From: Felis catus
Lineage: Eukaryota
NCBI RefSeq assembly: GCF_018350175.1
Contig: NC_058368.1
Coordinates: 434,001 to 498,000 of the forward strand
Direction: 5' to 3'
Length of the DNA stretch: 64,000 bases
The notes under the pieces were generated by a model, which was given only the letters and a program-made list of their open reading frames with translations, was not told where the DNA came from and did not search any database. How positions within the stretch are numbered: the first letter of the stretch is position 1; each line of letters starts with the position of its first letter. Below, piece after piece: positions 13,820-25,941 of the stretch. The position numbers and the translations under genes are program-made.

Positions 13820-14860
13820 TTCTTTTTGAAAGTAGTTTTAGGTTTGTAATAAAATTAAGAGAAATATAGAAAGATTCCCCATGTACCACCTCATCCCACA
13901 CACCCATAGCTTCCTCCATTATCCACATCATTCACCAGAATGGTACATTTGTAATCACGAACAGACCTACACTGACACATTACAATCTCCCAAAGTCATA
14001 GTTAAACATGGAGTTCGCTCTTGGTGTTATATATTCAATGGATTTAGACAAATCATTATATCATAAAATATTTTCAATGTCCTGAAAAATCCTTTGCCTA
14101 TTCATCTCTTCCCCCTCCCCAACCACTAGCAACCATTGATCTTTTTGCTGTATCTATAGTTTTGCCTCTTCCAGAATGTCATATAGTTGGAATCATATGG
14201 TATGTAATCTCAGATTAGCTTCTTCCACTTAGTAATATACAGTTAAGTTTCTTCTACATCTTTTCATGGCTTGATAGCTCATTTCTTGTTAGCACTGAAT
14301 AATATTCAATTATCTGGAGGTACCACAGTTTATTTATTCATTCATCCACTGAAGAACATCTTGGTTGCTTCCGAGTTTTGGCAATTATGGATAAAGCTCC
14401 TATAAACAGCTATGTGCAGGTTTTGTGTGGACTTAAGTTTTCAACTCCTTTGGGTGAATACCAAAGAGCATGATCGCTGAGTCATACAGTAAGGGTATGT
14501 TTAATTTTTGAGAAACTGCCAGACTGTCCTCCAAAGTGGCTATGCCATTTTGCATTCCCATCAGCAGCGGATGAGTTACTGTTGCTCATATCCTCACCAG
14601 CAATTGGTGTTGTCAGTGTTTTGGATTTTAGCCATTCTAATAGGTGTGTAGTGGTACCTTCTCGTTGTTCTAATTTGCATTTCCCTGATGACATGTTATA
14701 TGGAGCATCTTTTCATGTGTTTACTTGCTATCTGTGTATCTTCTTTGGTGAGGTGTCTGTTAAGGTCTTTGGCCCATTTTTTAATTGGATTGTTTCTTAC
14801 TTGCTGTGTTTTAAGAGTTCTTTCTTTATGTGGATAAGAGTCCTTGATCAGATGTGTCCC
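13820..14860 (-). mobile_element. Old L1 (L1M-type) 3' fragment
   Basis: Degenerate ORF2 C-terminal and 3'UTR sequence (ccagaatgtcatatagttggaatcata, ccaaagtggctatgccattttgcattccc). Confidence 0.75.
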
Positions 14861-14889
14861 TGTTTTTTCTTTATGCTTGCCGTCCTTGT

Positions 14890-15224
14890 CCCACTGAGCT
14901 AACTTGACTCAGACATACCCCCTGTATTAAGGAGTCAGACTCCTTCTTTTTGATGTTTGCTGACAGCTTTTAAACTCATCTTTTCTTTCTGTCCCACATC
15001 GGGAAAAGATAATAAAAGCCTGGGTATTTTCTCTTTTGGAACCCTCAACTCATCCTCACCCCTACTTTCCTTTTTCTGTTCTCACAAGCCATTTTTGGAC
15101 CTACTTGGAAGCAGAAAGTCTCATTATGTGAGTAATAAATCTTTCCATACCCTCTTGGTGTATGGTTTCGACATCACCAAATTTTGGGTGGGGTCCATTC
15201 TGTTTAATCAGAGTGGCTACAACA
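14890..15224 (+). mobile_element. Probable ERV-class LTR remnant
   Basis: LTR-like layout with AATAAA (tgtgagtaataaatct) and an end in ...ctacaaca; family not assigned. Confidence 0.5.
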
Positions 15225-15920
15225 CCCTCTCTCCAATAACACACTATGTGAAATGGCTAATTACTGTTTATGAGAGAGCTAGATGAATAATATATAAATA
15301 GAATGGCTGCTACTTTCTGGAGAATTCAGATGAATCAGAAGGCCAAGACAGTACAGATTTTCCATGTTGTCCCTAATCTGTCACTTTTAGGTGGTAAACA
15401 ACTACTGCATTTTGGATACAAACAGGACACATATTGAGGAGCTAACCATTTTGGAGATAGTCTAAGTATTTGGTTTTAGTCTCTGAAGATTGGACCATCT
15501 TTCTGGAATGGCCCCCATGGAAGCTGCTTGAACAGTTGGTGGTTAAAGGAGGTATCTTTCTCCTGAGAAAGCCCTACATTCTGTTGTTATTTGACCCCAA
15601 CTGCTAAGTAGGGCAAGGTTGCTGGTTTTGAGCATAAGTCCTTATTCAGTAATTTATTAAGTATTTCAGATCCCCTATGGAAAGTGTTGAATAACGTTAG
15701 GAATATGTTGCCACACACTTGATGAAATGTGGTTTAAACAAGTACTAACATCTCTTTCCTCACGTCTTCCTCCTGAGATGGATAGAGGCCATCATTATTG
15801 TTCTCTTACATTTGAGGGGATCACAGTGTTGAGTGGCTAAATGAGTGGTCCATGAATATGTTTGGATGAGAGTCCTGGCCCCCAGACCTGTGCTTTTTCT
15901 GCCAGGTCTCACCAAATGCA

Positions 15921-16052
15921 CAGGGTGACCATGCGTCCTGGTTAGCCAAGGACACCCTTGTTTGGGCCTCTTATCTCAACACAATTATTAATAGAGCCTA
16001 ATTTTATTTTCATAAGTGTCCCAGTTTGAGTGATAAATTATATGGTTGCCCT
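15921..16052. mobile_element. Short non-autonomous DNA transposon (hAT/Tip100-like)
   Basis: Imperfect terminal inverted repeats agggtgaccat ... atggttgccct around ~130 bp. Confidence 0.65.
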
Positions 16053-16319
16053 CCTAGTACAGAAGATCCTAGGGTATTTTTAGGTGATTAACAGTCTGCA
16101 GTGATTTGTATTTGTGCTTATTATTATTCTTACTGGACTCAGATCATATTAATTTGGGGAAACTGGTACTTTGCAAAGATCGTTGGAGGATTTCATAGCC
16201 AAGAAAGGCCTCCCTGGCCTTCTTCCCCTTGTTTCAGTTGCACTTTGAGTATAATGTAACTCTCATCACGGTTGTTGAAGGACTTTCTTATTTAGCATAT
16301 CTAAACCAACACTGCCTTT

Positions 16320-16341
16320 TTTTTTTTAATTTTTTTTAACG

Positions 16342-16376
<35 letters not shown>

Positions 16377-16565
16377 TTTTTGAGACAGAGAGAGACAGAG
16401 CATGAACAGGGGAGGGTCAGAGAGAGGGAGACACAGAATCCGAAACAGGCTCCAGGCTCTGAGCTGTCAGCACAGAGCCGGACGCGGGGCTGGAACTCAC
16501 AGACCGCGAAATCATGACCTGAGCCGAAGTCGGCCGCTTAACCGACTGAGCCACCCAGGCGCCCC
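16320..16565 (-). mobile_element. Young felid Can-SINE
   Basis: CpG-rich body; TSD caacactgccttttt. Confidence 0.95.
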
Positions 16566-16941
16566 CAACACTGCCTTTTTAACAGCTTCTTGAGAGAACA
16601 GAATTGGAAAAATCCTGCCTCTGGAAATGTGTGTGTGTGTACATAAGTGATCATGCCAGCTTGGAAGCATTTTACTTCAGAGAAGTCATCTCTAAGCTAA
16701 TGGAAAGCTGTGATAATGATCATCATGAGAATGACATTGATAGTAAGAGCTACCAATTATTGAGTGCTTACTATGTGTGACACACAATACTTACCATTTT
16801 ATGTGTATTAAGTCTTCTGGTCTTTACAACAGTTATATTAGGTGAGATAATACTACTATCACTATCTTACAAATGAGCAAACTGAAGTACAGAGAGAGAA
16901 AGTTATTTGTACAAGGCTTTACCAGCTAAATAAATTCAAAT

Positions 16942-17684
16942 TGTGTAGGTAAGGAAACAGCCCTGGAAGCTGACAGGTCACAGTATTCCCAACTGAGCAT
17001 GAACAATTTTCAAAGACTCTAAACACGACTCAGATACATCCACTCTGTGGCCAAGGTGGAATGGGGGTGGAAATACAACTACTTGGTTCATGTCTGAACC
17101 TAGAAAGAGATTAGAAATAAATATTGCTCTTTTCCAGCTAATGTGAGTTTCTTTATCCATGACAGCTTTCACCCCCTTTAATCCCCCCACCTCCTGGATA
17201 AAAATTACCAAGATACCCAACCACCAATTTGCCCTGGTTTCTTGATGGCATGCAATCAAAACTAACTCTTGGGGCGCCTGGGTGGCGCAGTCGGTTAAGC
17301 GTCCGACTTCAGCCAGGTCACGATCTCGCGGTCCGTGAGTTCGAGCCCCACGTCAGGCTCTGGGCTGATGGCTCAGAGCCTGGAGCCTGTTTCTGATTCT
17401 GTGTCTCCCTCTCTCTCTGCCCCTCCCCCGTTCATGCTCTGTCTCTCTCTGTCCCAAAAATAAAAAAATAAAAAAATAAAAAAACTAACTCTTGCTCCCC
17501 TAGACCTTCCTTAGACTCTCCCAGGACAAACCAGGTCCTATAGCAAGACCCTTCAAGTTCTACTGCACTGAGAGCCCCATGATTTTCTTGGTGTCCTCTT
17601 TCCTTTGAAGCAGCAAGTGAACTCAACCTCACTTTGTTTGACTGCAGGTGTGTTTCTGGTGCTCTTTGGTTGCTGGGCTTTGAC
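16942..17684 (+). mobile_element. Probable solo LTR interrupted by a young SINE
   Basis: Begins tgt, ends ...gggctttgac; LTR-like U5 (actttgtttgactgcaggtgtgtttctggtg); family not assigned. Confidence 0.45.
17271..17480 (+). mobile_element. Young SINEC_Fc-type SINE
   Basis: ggggcgcctgggtggcgcagtcggttaagcgtccgacttcagccagg; TSD aaaactaactctt at 17258 and 17481. Confidence 0.95.
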
Positions 17685-18121
17685 GATGCCCAAGTAGGCT
17701 GATTCCAGGGCCCATATCTATTAGCATTATTACAGCCTGCCTTTCTTTATGCTTTTCTGACTCCCAATCATATGTCACTGTTTTTCAGTGATATCACCAC
17801 ATGTCAGCTTTCTGCCCCACTCAGGGTGGGCACAGAGCTAGGGAAATTTTAGAAAAAGGAATTTCTAGAATATGATATGATGCTGCAGGAGGCTCAGCAT
17901 AGTGAGGACTGAGAAGGGGCTCACCAGACTTGATGAGAGCTGCCCCAGTGGAGAAAAAAGTCAGACTTCAAGGAAATTAGGGCAGGGGAAGCAGAAACAG
18001 TAAGGGATTTTTTAAAAAAAAAAATCACTGTTGATTTCTTTTATTCTTGAGTATTTCCCTCTTTTTAGAAAACCTAAATATGTAAATAAATAAAAATAAA
18101 TAAATAAAAACAATATACAGA

Positions 18122-18327
18122 GGGGCGCCTGGGTGGCACAGTCGGTTAAGCGTCCGACTTCAGCCAGGTCACGATCTTGCGGTCCGTGAGTTCGAGCCCC
18201 GCGTCGGGCTCTGGGCTGATGGCTCAGAGCCTGGAGCCTGTTTCCGATTCTGTGTCTCCCTCTCTCTGCCCCTCCCCCGTTCATGCTCTGTCTCTCTCTG
18301 TCCCAAAAATAAATAAAAAACGTTGAA
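18122..18327 (+). mobile_element. Young SINEC_Fc-type SINE
   Basis: TSD aaaaacaatatacaga at 18106 and 18328. Confidence 0.95.
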
Positions 18328-19304
18328 AAAAACAATATACAGAATCAAACAACCTAAACAAGAGATGCTATTTTCTGCTACACTTTATAGATCCATTGGC
18401 AAAACAAGATAAAACATGCAAATGCCCATTTTCCAGTAGTAGAAGCATAATGAAATGCAAGGGAGCCCACTTTTAACAAATGCAAGGGAACCCACTGAAA
18501 CAGTGAAAATCTAAGCAGATCATATGCAAATAATTAAAATGCATAGGTATTCCATGAAGATGGATCCCAGACTGCCTCCTCTCTCTTTTATTGGAATCTC
18601 TGAAACCATTTCATTGGAAGAGAAAGTGGATTTTAGCAGAGTGGGAAAAATACCAAACATTCATAGTAACTTAGAATTTTTCTACTTTCTTTACATGTTC
18701 AATGGAAACCTTCATAAAATTATAAATGAAAGGACACATTATGAACATTTTCTTTGAAGAGAAAAAAAGCGGTCTTAACTGGAAGGAAAATTTTGGAGTC
18801 TACGTCCTTCTAAGAGAGACTGCTTTTTATGTGAAGTTTGAGAATGAAGAGGAGAGCGATTATTTCTGTGTGCTCAAATTACAAATTATAGTGGCCATTA
18901 ATGACTACTTGCTACTCTATCAGTTAGCATACCCCTACCCTGTGCTTACTCTGATTTGTTCACTATTTTGTGAGTATTGAGAGCCTGTTATTTGCCTAAA
19001 AGTATACTAACCTCCATGAAGAATATAAAAGAACTAGAGGACAATACACCTGAAACTGATACAGCACTGTATGATAATTGCCCAGGAATTAAAATACTAC
19101 CCTTCCCCAAGAACCAGAGGACATTATCACTACCGGTTGAGTAGTTGAATAAATCTGTTTTCTATTCTCTTAAAGGAAGGCATGGGCAGAATGCCACCCC
19201 TGGGATAGTCTATAGGAGGATTTTCTTGAAGGCCAAGAAGTTGAGTAAATGCAGAAATTAGGGCATTACCTGTACCTTTTTTTTTTTAATTTAAATTTGG
19301 GACT

Positions 19305-19518
19305 GGGTGCCTGGGTGGCTCAGTTGGTTGAGCATGCAACTTTGGCTTAGATCATGATCTCACAGGTCTGTGAGTTCGAGCCCCGCGTTGGACTCTGTGC
19401 TGACAGCTCACAGCCTGGAGCCTGCTTTGGATTCTGTGTCTCCCTCTCTCTCTGACCCTCCCCCACTAATGCCCTGTCTCTCTCTGTCAAACATAAATAT
19501 TAAAAATAAATTTTTTAA
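19305..19518 (+). mobile_element. Can-SINE directly abutting the 5' end of L1 copy B
   Basis: Direct repeat aatttaaatttggga at 19288-19302 and 19519-19533. Confidence 0.93.
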
Positions 19519-19529
19519 AATTTAAATTT

Positions 19530-22500
19530 GGGAGGAAGAAAGATGGTGGCGTAGGAGGACTCTGGGCTCACCGCGTCCTGCTGATCACTTAGATTCCACC
19601 ACATCTGCCTAAATAACCCAGAAAATGCCAGAAGACTAACAGAACGGACTCTCCGGAGCCAAACATAGACGAGAGGCCCAATGGAAGAGGGTATGAAGGG
19701 TGGAGAAGTGGTGCGTGCTACACGGACTGGCGGGAGGGAGCCGAGGCGGTTTAGGGGCAGCCCGCCAGGCAAGGCAGAGCCCCCGAAATCTGGCTTGCAA
19801 AAGCGGAGGGGCTGGACTCCATGAGTTCTGACAGCCAGCGGGACTTAACTTCTGGAATGGTAAAAGTGAACAGCTCTGCTCTTGGAGAGTGGGGAGGGTG
19901 AGAGGACACCAGGAGAGAGAGTTGTTGAGCCCTGGAAGACAGAGCTCAGCTCAGGGTAGGGGGAACAAAGGTGCTGGCAATCGCCATCTCCCTCTCCAAT
20001 CCCCCAACTGAAATTCCAAAGAGAACCAGTTCCCATCACTGAACTTGCTTGCACCATGGAAATGCCCAATGCTATGCTTCTATGGATCCATCCCTCCGAC
20101 GGGTCTGCCTCCCTTCAGGTGCTGCAGGGCCCCTCCCTCAGGGGACCACTGTCAGCAAAACGAGCTAAGCCTGCCCCTCCTGCCCCTGTGCACCTTGTGG
20201 TTCCACCCCCACTAATATGCCTGATCCCATCAAAGCAGGACCACAAGCCTGGCAGTGTGCAAGTAGCCCAGACAGGGGCCACACCACTCCACAGTGAGTC
20301 CTGCCCCTGGACAGGGGAAGATAAGGTACACACCAGTCTGACTGCGGCCCCATCCACCAACACAAGTTACTCTGGACAGCACAGGGGAAGTGCCCTGCAG
20401 TTTGGAGCTACCCCAGGGACCATGCAAAATGATGAAACGGAAGAATTCTCCTCAAAAGAAACTCCAGGAAGTAGCAACCGCTAACAAATTGATCAAAACC
20501 AACTCAAGCAGTATAACGGAACAAGAGTTTAGAATAATAGTCATAAAATTAATTGCTGGACTTGAAAAAAGCATAGAGGACAGCAGAGAATCTATTGCTA
20601 CAGAGATCAAGGGACTGAGAAATAGTCGTGAGAAGCTAAAAAACGCTATAAATGAGGTGCAAAATAAAATGGAGGCAGCCATAGCACGGATTGAGGAGGC
20701 AGAGGAGGGAATAGGTGAATCAGAAGATAAAATTATGGGAAAGCAGAAAGCTGAGAAAAAGGGAGATAAAAAAAAAATCCAGGAGTATGAGGGGAGATTT
20801 AGAGAACTAAGTGATGCAATCAAACAGAACAATATCCATATCATAGGAATTCCAGAAGAGGAAGAAGAAGAGAGAGAAAGGGGCTAAAGGCTTACTTGAA
20901 CAAATCATAGCTGAAAACTTCCCTGATCTGGGAAAGGAAAAAGGCACTGAAATCCAAGAGGCACAGAGAACCCCCTACAGACGTACACTTGAATCGGTCT
21001 TCTCTATAACACATCATAGTGAAACTGGTGAAATACAAGGATAAAGGGAAAATTCAGAAAGCAGCTAGGGATAAACAGGCTCTAAGTTACAAAGGTAGAC
21101 TCATAAGAATAGTAGCAGCCCTATCTACTGAAACTTGGCAGGCCAGAAAGGAATGGCAGGAAATCTTCAATGTGATGAACAGAGAAAATATGCAGCTGAG
21201 AATCCTTTCTCCAGCAAGTCTGTCATTCAGAATAGAAGGAGAGATAAAGGTCTTCCCAAACAAACAAAAGCTGAAGGAATTCATCACCACTAAACCAGTC
21301 CTACAAGAGATCCTAAGGGGGATTCTGTGAGTGAAATGTTGCAAGGACTACAAAGTGCCAGAGACATCACTACAAGCATGAAACAGACATCACAACGACT
21401 CTGAACCCACATCTTTGACTAATAACACTGAATGTAAAAGGACTAAATGATCCAACCAAAAGACATAGGGTATCAGAATGGATTAAAAAACAAGACCCAT
21501 CTATTTGCTGTCTACACGAGACTCATTTTAGACCTGAGGACGCCTTCAGATTGAAAGTGAGGGGATGGAGAACCATCTGTCATGCTACTGGAGGTCAAAA
21601 GAGTAGTATGGCTGGAGTAGCCATACTTGTATCGGACAAACTAGACTTTAAATTAAAGGCTGTAACAAGAGATGAAATAGGGCACTATAAAATAATTACA
21701 GGGAGTATCCATCAGGAAGAGCTAACAATTATAAATGTCTATGTGCCAAATAGGGAAGCCCCCAAATATATAAAACGACTACTCACAAACATAAGCAACC
21801 TTATTGGATAAGAATGTGGTAATTGCAGGGGACTTTAACATCCCACTTACAACAATGGATAGATCATCTAGACACAGGATCAATAAAGAAACAAGGGCCC
21901 TGAATGATACATTGGATCAGATGGACTTGACAGATAGATTTAGAACTCTGCATCCCAAAGCAACAGAATATACTTTCTTCTCGAGTGCACATGGAACAGT
22001 CTCCAAAATAGATCACATACTGGGTCACAAAACAGCCCTTCATAAGTATGAAAGAATTGAGATCACACCAGGAACACTTTCAGACCACAATGCTATGAAA
22101 CTTGAAATCAATTACAGGAAAAAGTCTGGAAAACCTCCAAAAGCATGGAGGTTAAAGAACACCCTACTAAAGAATGAATGGGTCAACCAGGCAATCAGAG
22201 AAGAAATTTAAAAATATATGGAAACAAATGAAAATGAAAATACAACAATCCATACGCTTTGGGATGCAGCAAAGGCAGTCCTGAGAGGAAAATACATTGT
22301 AATCCAGGCCTATCTCAAGAAACAAGCAAAATCCCAAGTACAAAATCTAACAGCACACCTAAAGGAACTAGAAGCAGAACAGCAAAGACACCCCAAATCC
22401 AGCGGAATAAGAGCAATAATAAAGATCAGAGCAGAAATAAACAAAACTATAGAGCAGATCAATGAAACCAAGAGTTGGTTTTTTGAAACAATAAACAAAA

Positions 22501-25460
22501 TTGATAGACCTCTAGCCAGGCTTCTCAAAAAGAAAAGGGAGATGACCCAAATAGATAAAATCATGAATGAAAAGGGAATTATTACAACCAATCCCTCAGA
22601 GATACAAGCAATTATCAGGGAACACTATGAAAAATTACATGCCAACAAACTGGACAACCTGGAAGAAGTGGACAAATTCCTAAGCACCCACCCACTTCCA
22701 AAACTCAAACAGGAAGAAACAGAAAACTTGAACAGACCCATAACCAGTGAAGAAATTGAATCAGGTATCACAAACCTGCCAACAAATAAGAGTCCAGGAC
22801 CAGATGGCTTCCCTGGGGAATTCTACCAGACATTTAAAGCAGAAATAATACCTATCCTTCTCAAGCTGTTCCAAAAAAATAGACAGGGAAGGAAAACTTC
22901 CAGACTCCTTCTATGAAGCCAGCATTACTTTGATTCCTAAACCAGACAGAGACCCAGCAAAAAAAGAGAACTACAGGCCAATATCCCTGATGAATATGGA
23001 TGCAAAAATTCTCAACAAGATACTAGCAACTCGAATTCAACAGCATATAAAAGGAATTATTCACCATGATCAAGTGGGACTCATTCGTGGGCTACAGGGC
23101 TGGTTCACCATTTGCAAATCAATCAATGTGATACATCACATTAAGAAAAGAAAAGAAAAGAATCATATGATCCTGCCAATCGATGCAGAAAAAGCATCTG
23201 ACAAAATTCAGATTCCTTTCTTAATAAAACCCCTTGAGAAAGTCGGGATAGAAGGAACATACGTCAACATCATAAAAGCCATTTATGAAAAGCCCACAGC
23301 TAATATCATCCTCAATGGGGAAAAACTGAGAGGTTTCCTCCTGAGATCAGGAACACGACAGGGATGTCCACTCTCACCGCTGTTGTTTAACATAGTGTTG
23401 GAAGTCCTAGCATCAACAATCAGAACACAAAAGGAAATCAAAGGCATCAAAATTGGCAAAGATGAAGTCGAACTTTCACTTTTTGCAGATGACATGATAT
23501 TAAACATGCAAAACCTGACAGACTCCACCCAAAGTCTACTAGAACGGATACATGAATTCAGCAAAGTCGCAGGACACAAAATCAATGTACAGAAATCAGT
23601 TGCATTCTTATACACTAATAATGAAGTAACAGAAAGACAAATAAAGAAACTGATCCCATTCACAACTGCACCAAGAAGCATAAAATACCTGGTAATAAAC
23701 CTAACCAAAGATGTGAAAGATCTGTATGCTGAAAACTATAGAAAGTTTATGAAGGAAACTGAAGAAGGTATAAAGAAATGGAAAAACATTCCATGCTCAC
23801 AGATTGGAAGAATAAATATTGTTAAAATGTCAATACTACCCAAAGCTATCTGCACATTCGATGAAATCCCAATCAAAATTGCACCAGCATTCTTCTCGAA
23901 GCTAGAACAAGCAATCCTAACATTTGTATGGAACCACAAAAGACCCCGAATAGCCAAAGTAATATTGAGGAAGAAGACCAAAGTGGGAGGCATCACAATC
24001 CCAGACTGTAGTCTCTACTACAAAGTTGTAATCATCAAGACAGCATCATATTGGCACAAAAACAGACACATAGACCAATGGGATAGAATAGAGACTCCAG
24101 AATTGGCCCTACAAAAGTATGGCCAAGTTATCTTTGACAAAGCAGGAAAGAATATCCGATGGAAAAAAGAGTGTCTTTTTAACAAATGGTGCTGGGAGAA
24201 CTGGACTGCAACATGCAGAAGAATGAAACTAGGCCACTTTCTTACACCATTCATAAAAATAAACTCAAAATGCATAAAGGGACCTGAATGTGAGACAGGA
24301 AACCATCAGAACCCTAGAGGAGAAAGCAGGAACAAACCTCTCTGACTGTAGCCACAGCAATTTCTTACTTGACACATCTCCAAAGGCAAGGGAATTAAAA
24401 GCAAAAATGAACTATTGGGACCTCACAAAGATAAAAAGCTTCTGCACTGCAAAGGAAACAATCAACAAAACAATCAACCAAACAAAAAACAGAAGGCAAC
24501 CAACGGAATGGGAAAATACATTTGCAAATGACATATTGGACAAAGGGCTAGTATCCAAAATCTATGAAGAGCTCACCAAACTCCACACCCGAAAAACAAA
24601 TAATCCAGTGAAGAAATGGGCAGAAAACATGAATAGACACTTCTCTAAAGAAGACATCCAGATGGCCAACAGGCACATGAAAAGATGCTCAGCGTCACTC
24701 CTCATCAGGGAAATACAAATCAAAACCACACTGAGATACCACCTCACGCCAGTCAGGGTGGCTAAAATGAACAAATCAGGAGACTACAGATGTTGGCGAG
24801 GATGTGGAGAAAAGGGAACCCTCTTGCACTGTGGGTGGGAATGCAAACTGGTGCAGCCGCTCTGGAAAACAGTGTGGAGGTTCCTCAAAAAATTAAAAAT
24901 AGATTTATCATATGACCCAGCAATAGCACTGCTAGGAATTTTCCCTAGGGATACAGGAGTGCTGATGCATAGGGGCACTTGTACCCCAATGTTTATAGCA
25001 GCCCTTTCAACAATAGCCAAATTCTTAAAAGAGCCTGAATGTCCATCAACTTTTGAATGGATAAAGAAATTGTGGTTTGTATATACAAAGGAATACTACT
25101 GGCAATGAGAAAGAATGAAATATGGCCTTTTGTAGCAACGTGTATGGAACTGGAGAATGTTATGCTAAGTGAAAAAAGTCATACAGAGAAAGACAGATAC
25201 CATATGTTTTCACTCTTACGTGGATCCTGAGAAACTTAACAGAAGACCATGGGGGAGGGGAGGGGAAAAAAAGGTTAGAGAGGGAGGGAGCCAAACCATA
25301 AGAGACTCTTACAAACTGAGAATAAACTGAGGGTTGATCGGGGTTAGGAGGGAGGGGAAAGTGGGAGATGGCTACTGAGGAGGGCACCTGTTGGGATGAG
25401 CACTAGGTGTTGTATGGAAACCAATTTTACAATAAATATCATACTAAAAATAATAATAAT
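19530..25460 (+). mobile_element. LINE-1 copy B: apparently full-length 5'UTR, disrupted ORF1 and ORF2, 3'UTR, A-rich tail
   Basis: Starts gggaggaagaaagatggtggcg (L1 5'-end like), CpG-containing 5'UTR; ORF fragments 20390-25108 identical to copy A; AATAAA at ~25431. Confidence 0.97.
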
Positions 25461-25699
25461 AAAATTTTTATAAATGTTAAATCCACTGTTTTATTGAAAC
25501 GAAAGTAGAACCAAGGTTAAAATATACTTGATGCTTTTAAAAGTCATAATAAAATGTGGAATGTCTATCTCTGTATCTGTGTTCTGAGATGGCACTACAC
25601 CAATGGTGTATACATAGAGACACATATGAAATGAGTAAATCAAGGTTCAAGACCCTGCCCAACCAAATTACTGCGTTCTGATATTTCCTTTGCACCTCA

Positions 25700-25909
25700 C
25701 TTTCTCCCACTCCTATGCAAATTCCAATGACAACAAATCTGAATTTTAAAATAGAAGAGAAGGTAATAAAGCTTGTAGAAGATAATAAATACAATGAATA
25801 TTTAGCTTGGGGAAAGATTTTAAAACAATATTCACAAATTGCAAATCTTAACGAAAATTCCATAGTAAAATACAACACTTTTGGACAATAAGAGATATCA
25901 TAAAGTAAA

Positions 25910-25941
<32 letters not shown>

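Noticed and set aside
17271..17350. tRNA-like A/B-box sequences at SINE heads as tRNA genes
   Set aside because: They are tRNA-derived Can-SINE heads followed by SINE body, (CT)n, A-tail and TSDs.
22930..24345. 471-aa reverse-transcriptase ORF (mirror 4244-5659) as an active or domesticated gene
   Set aside because: It is one fragment of a frameshifted L1 ORF2 with a non-ATG start; neither copy can encode intact ORF1p or ORF2p.
3113..25460. Copies A and B as two recent insertions from one active master L1, or as an inverted segmental duplication
   Set aside because: They share disabling lesions yet have diverged L1 ends, and identity stops inside the L1 without extending into flanking unique DNA.
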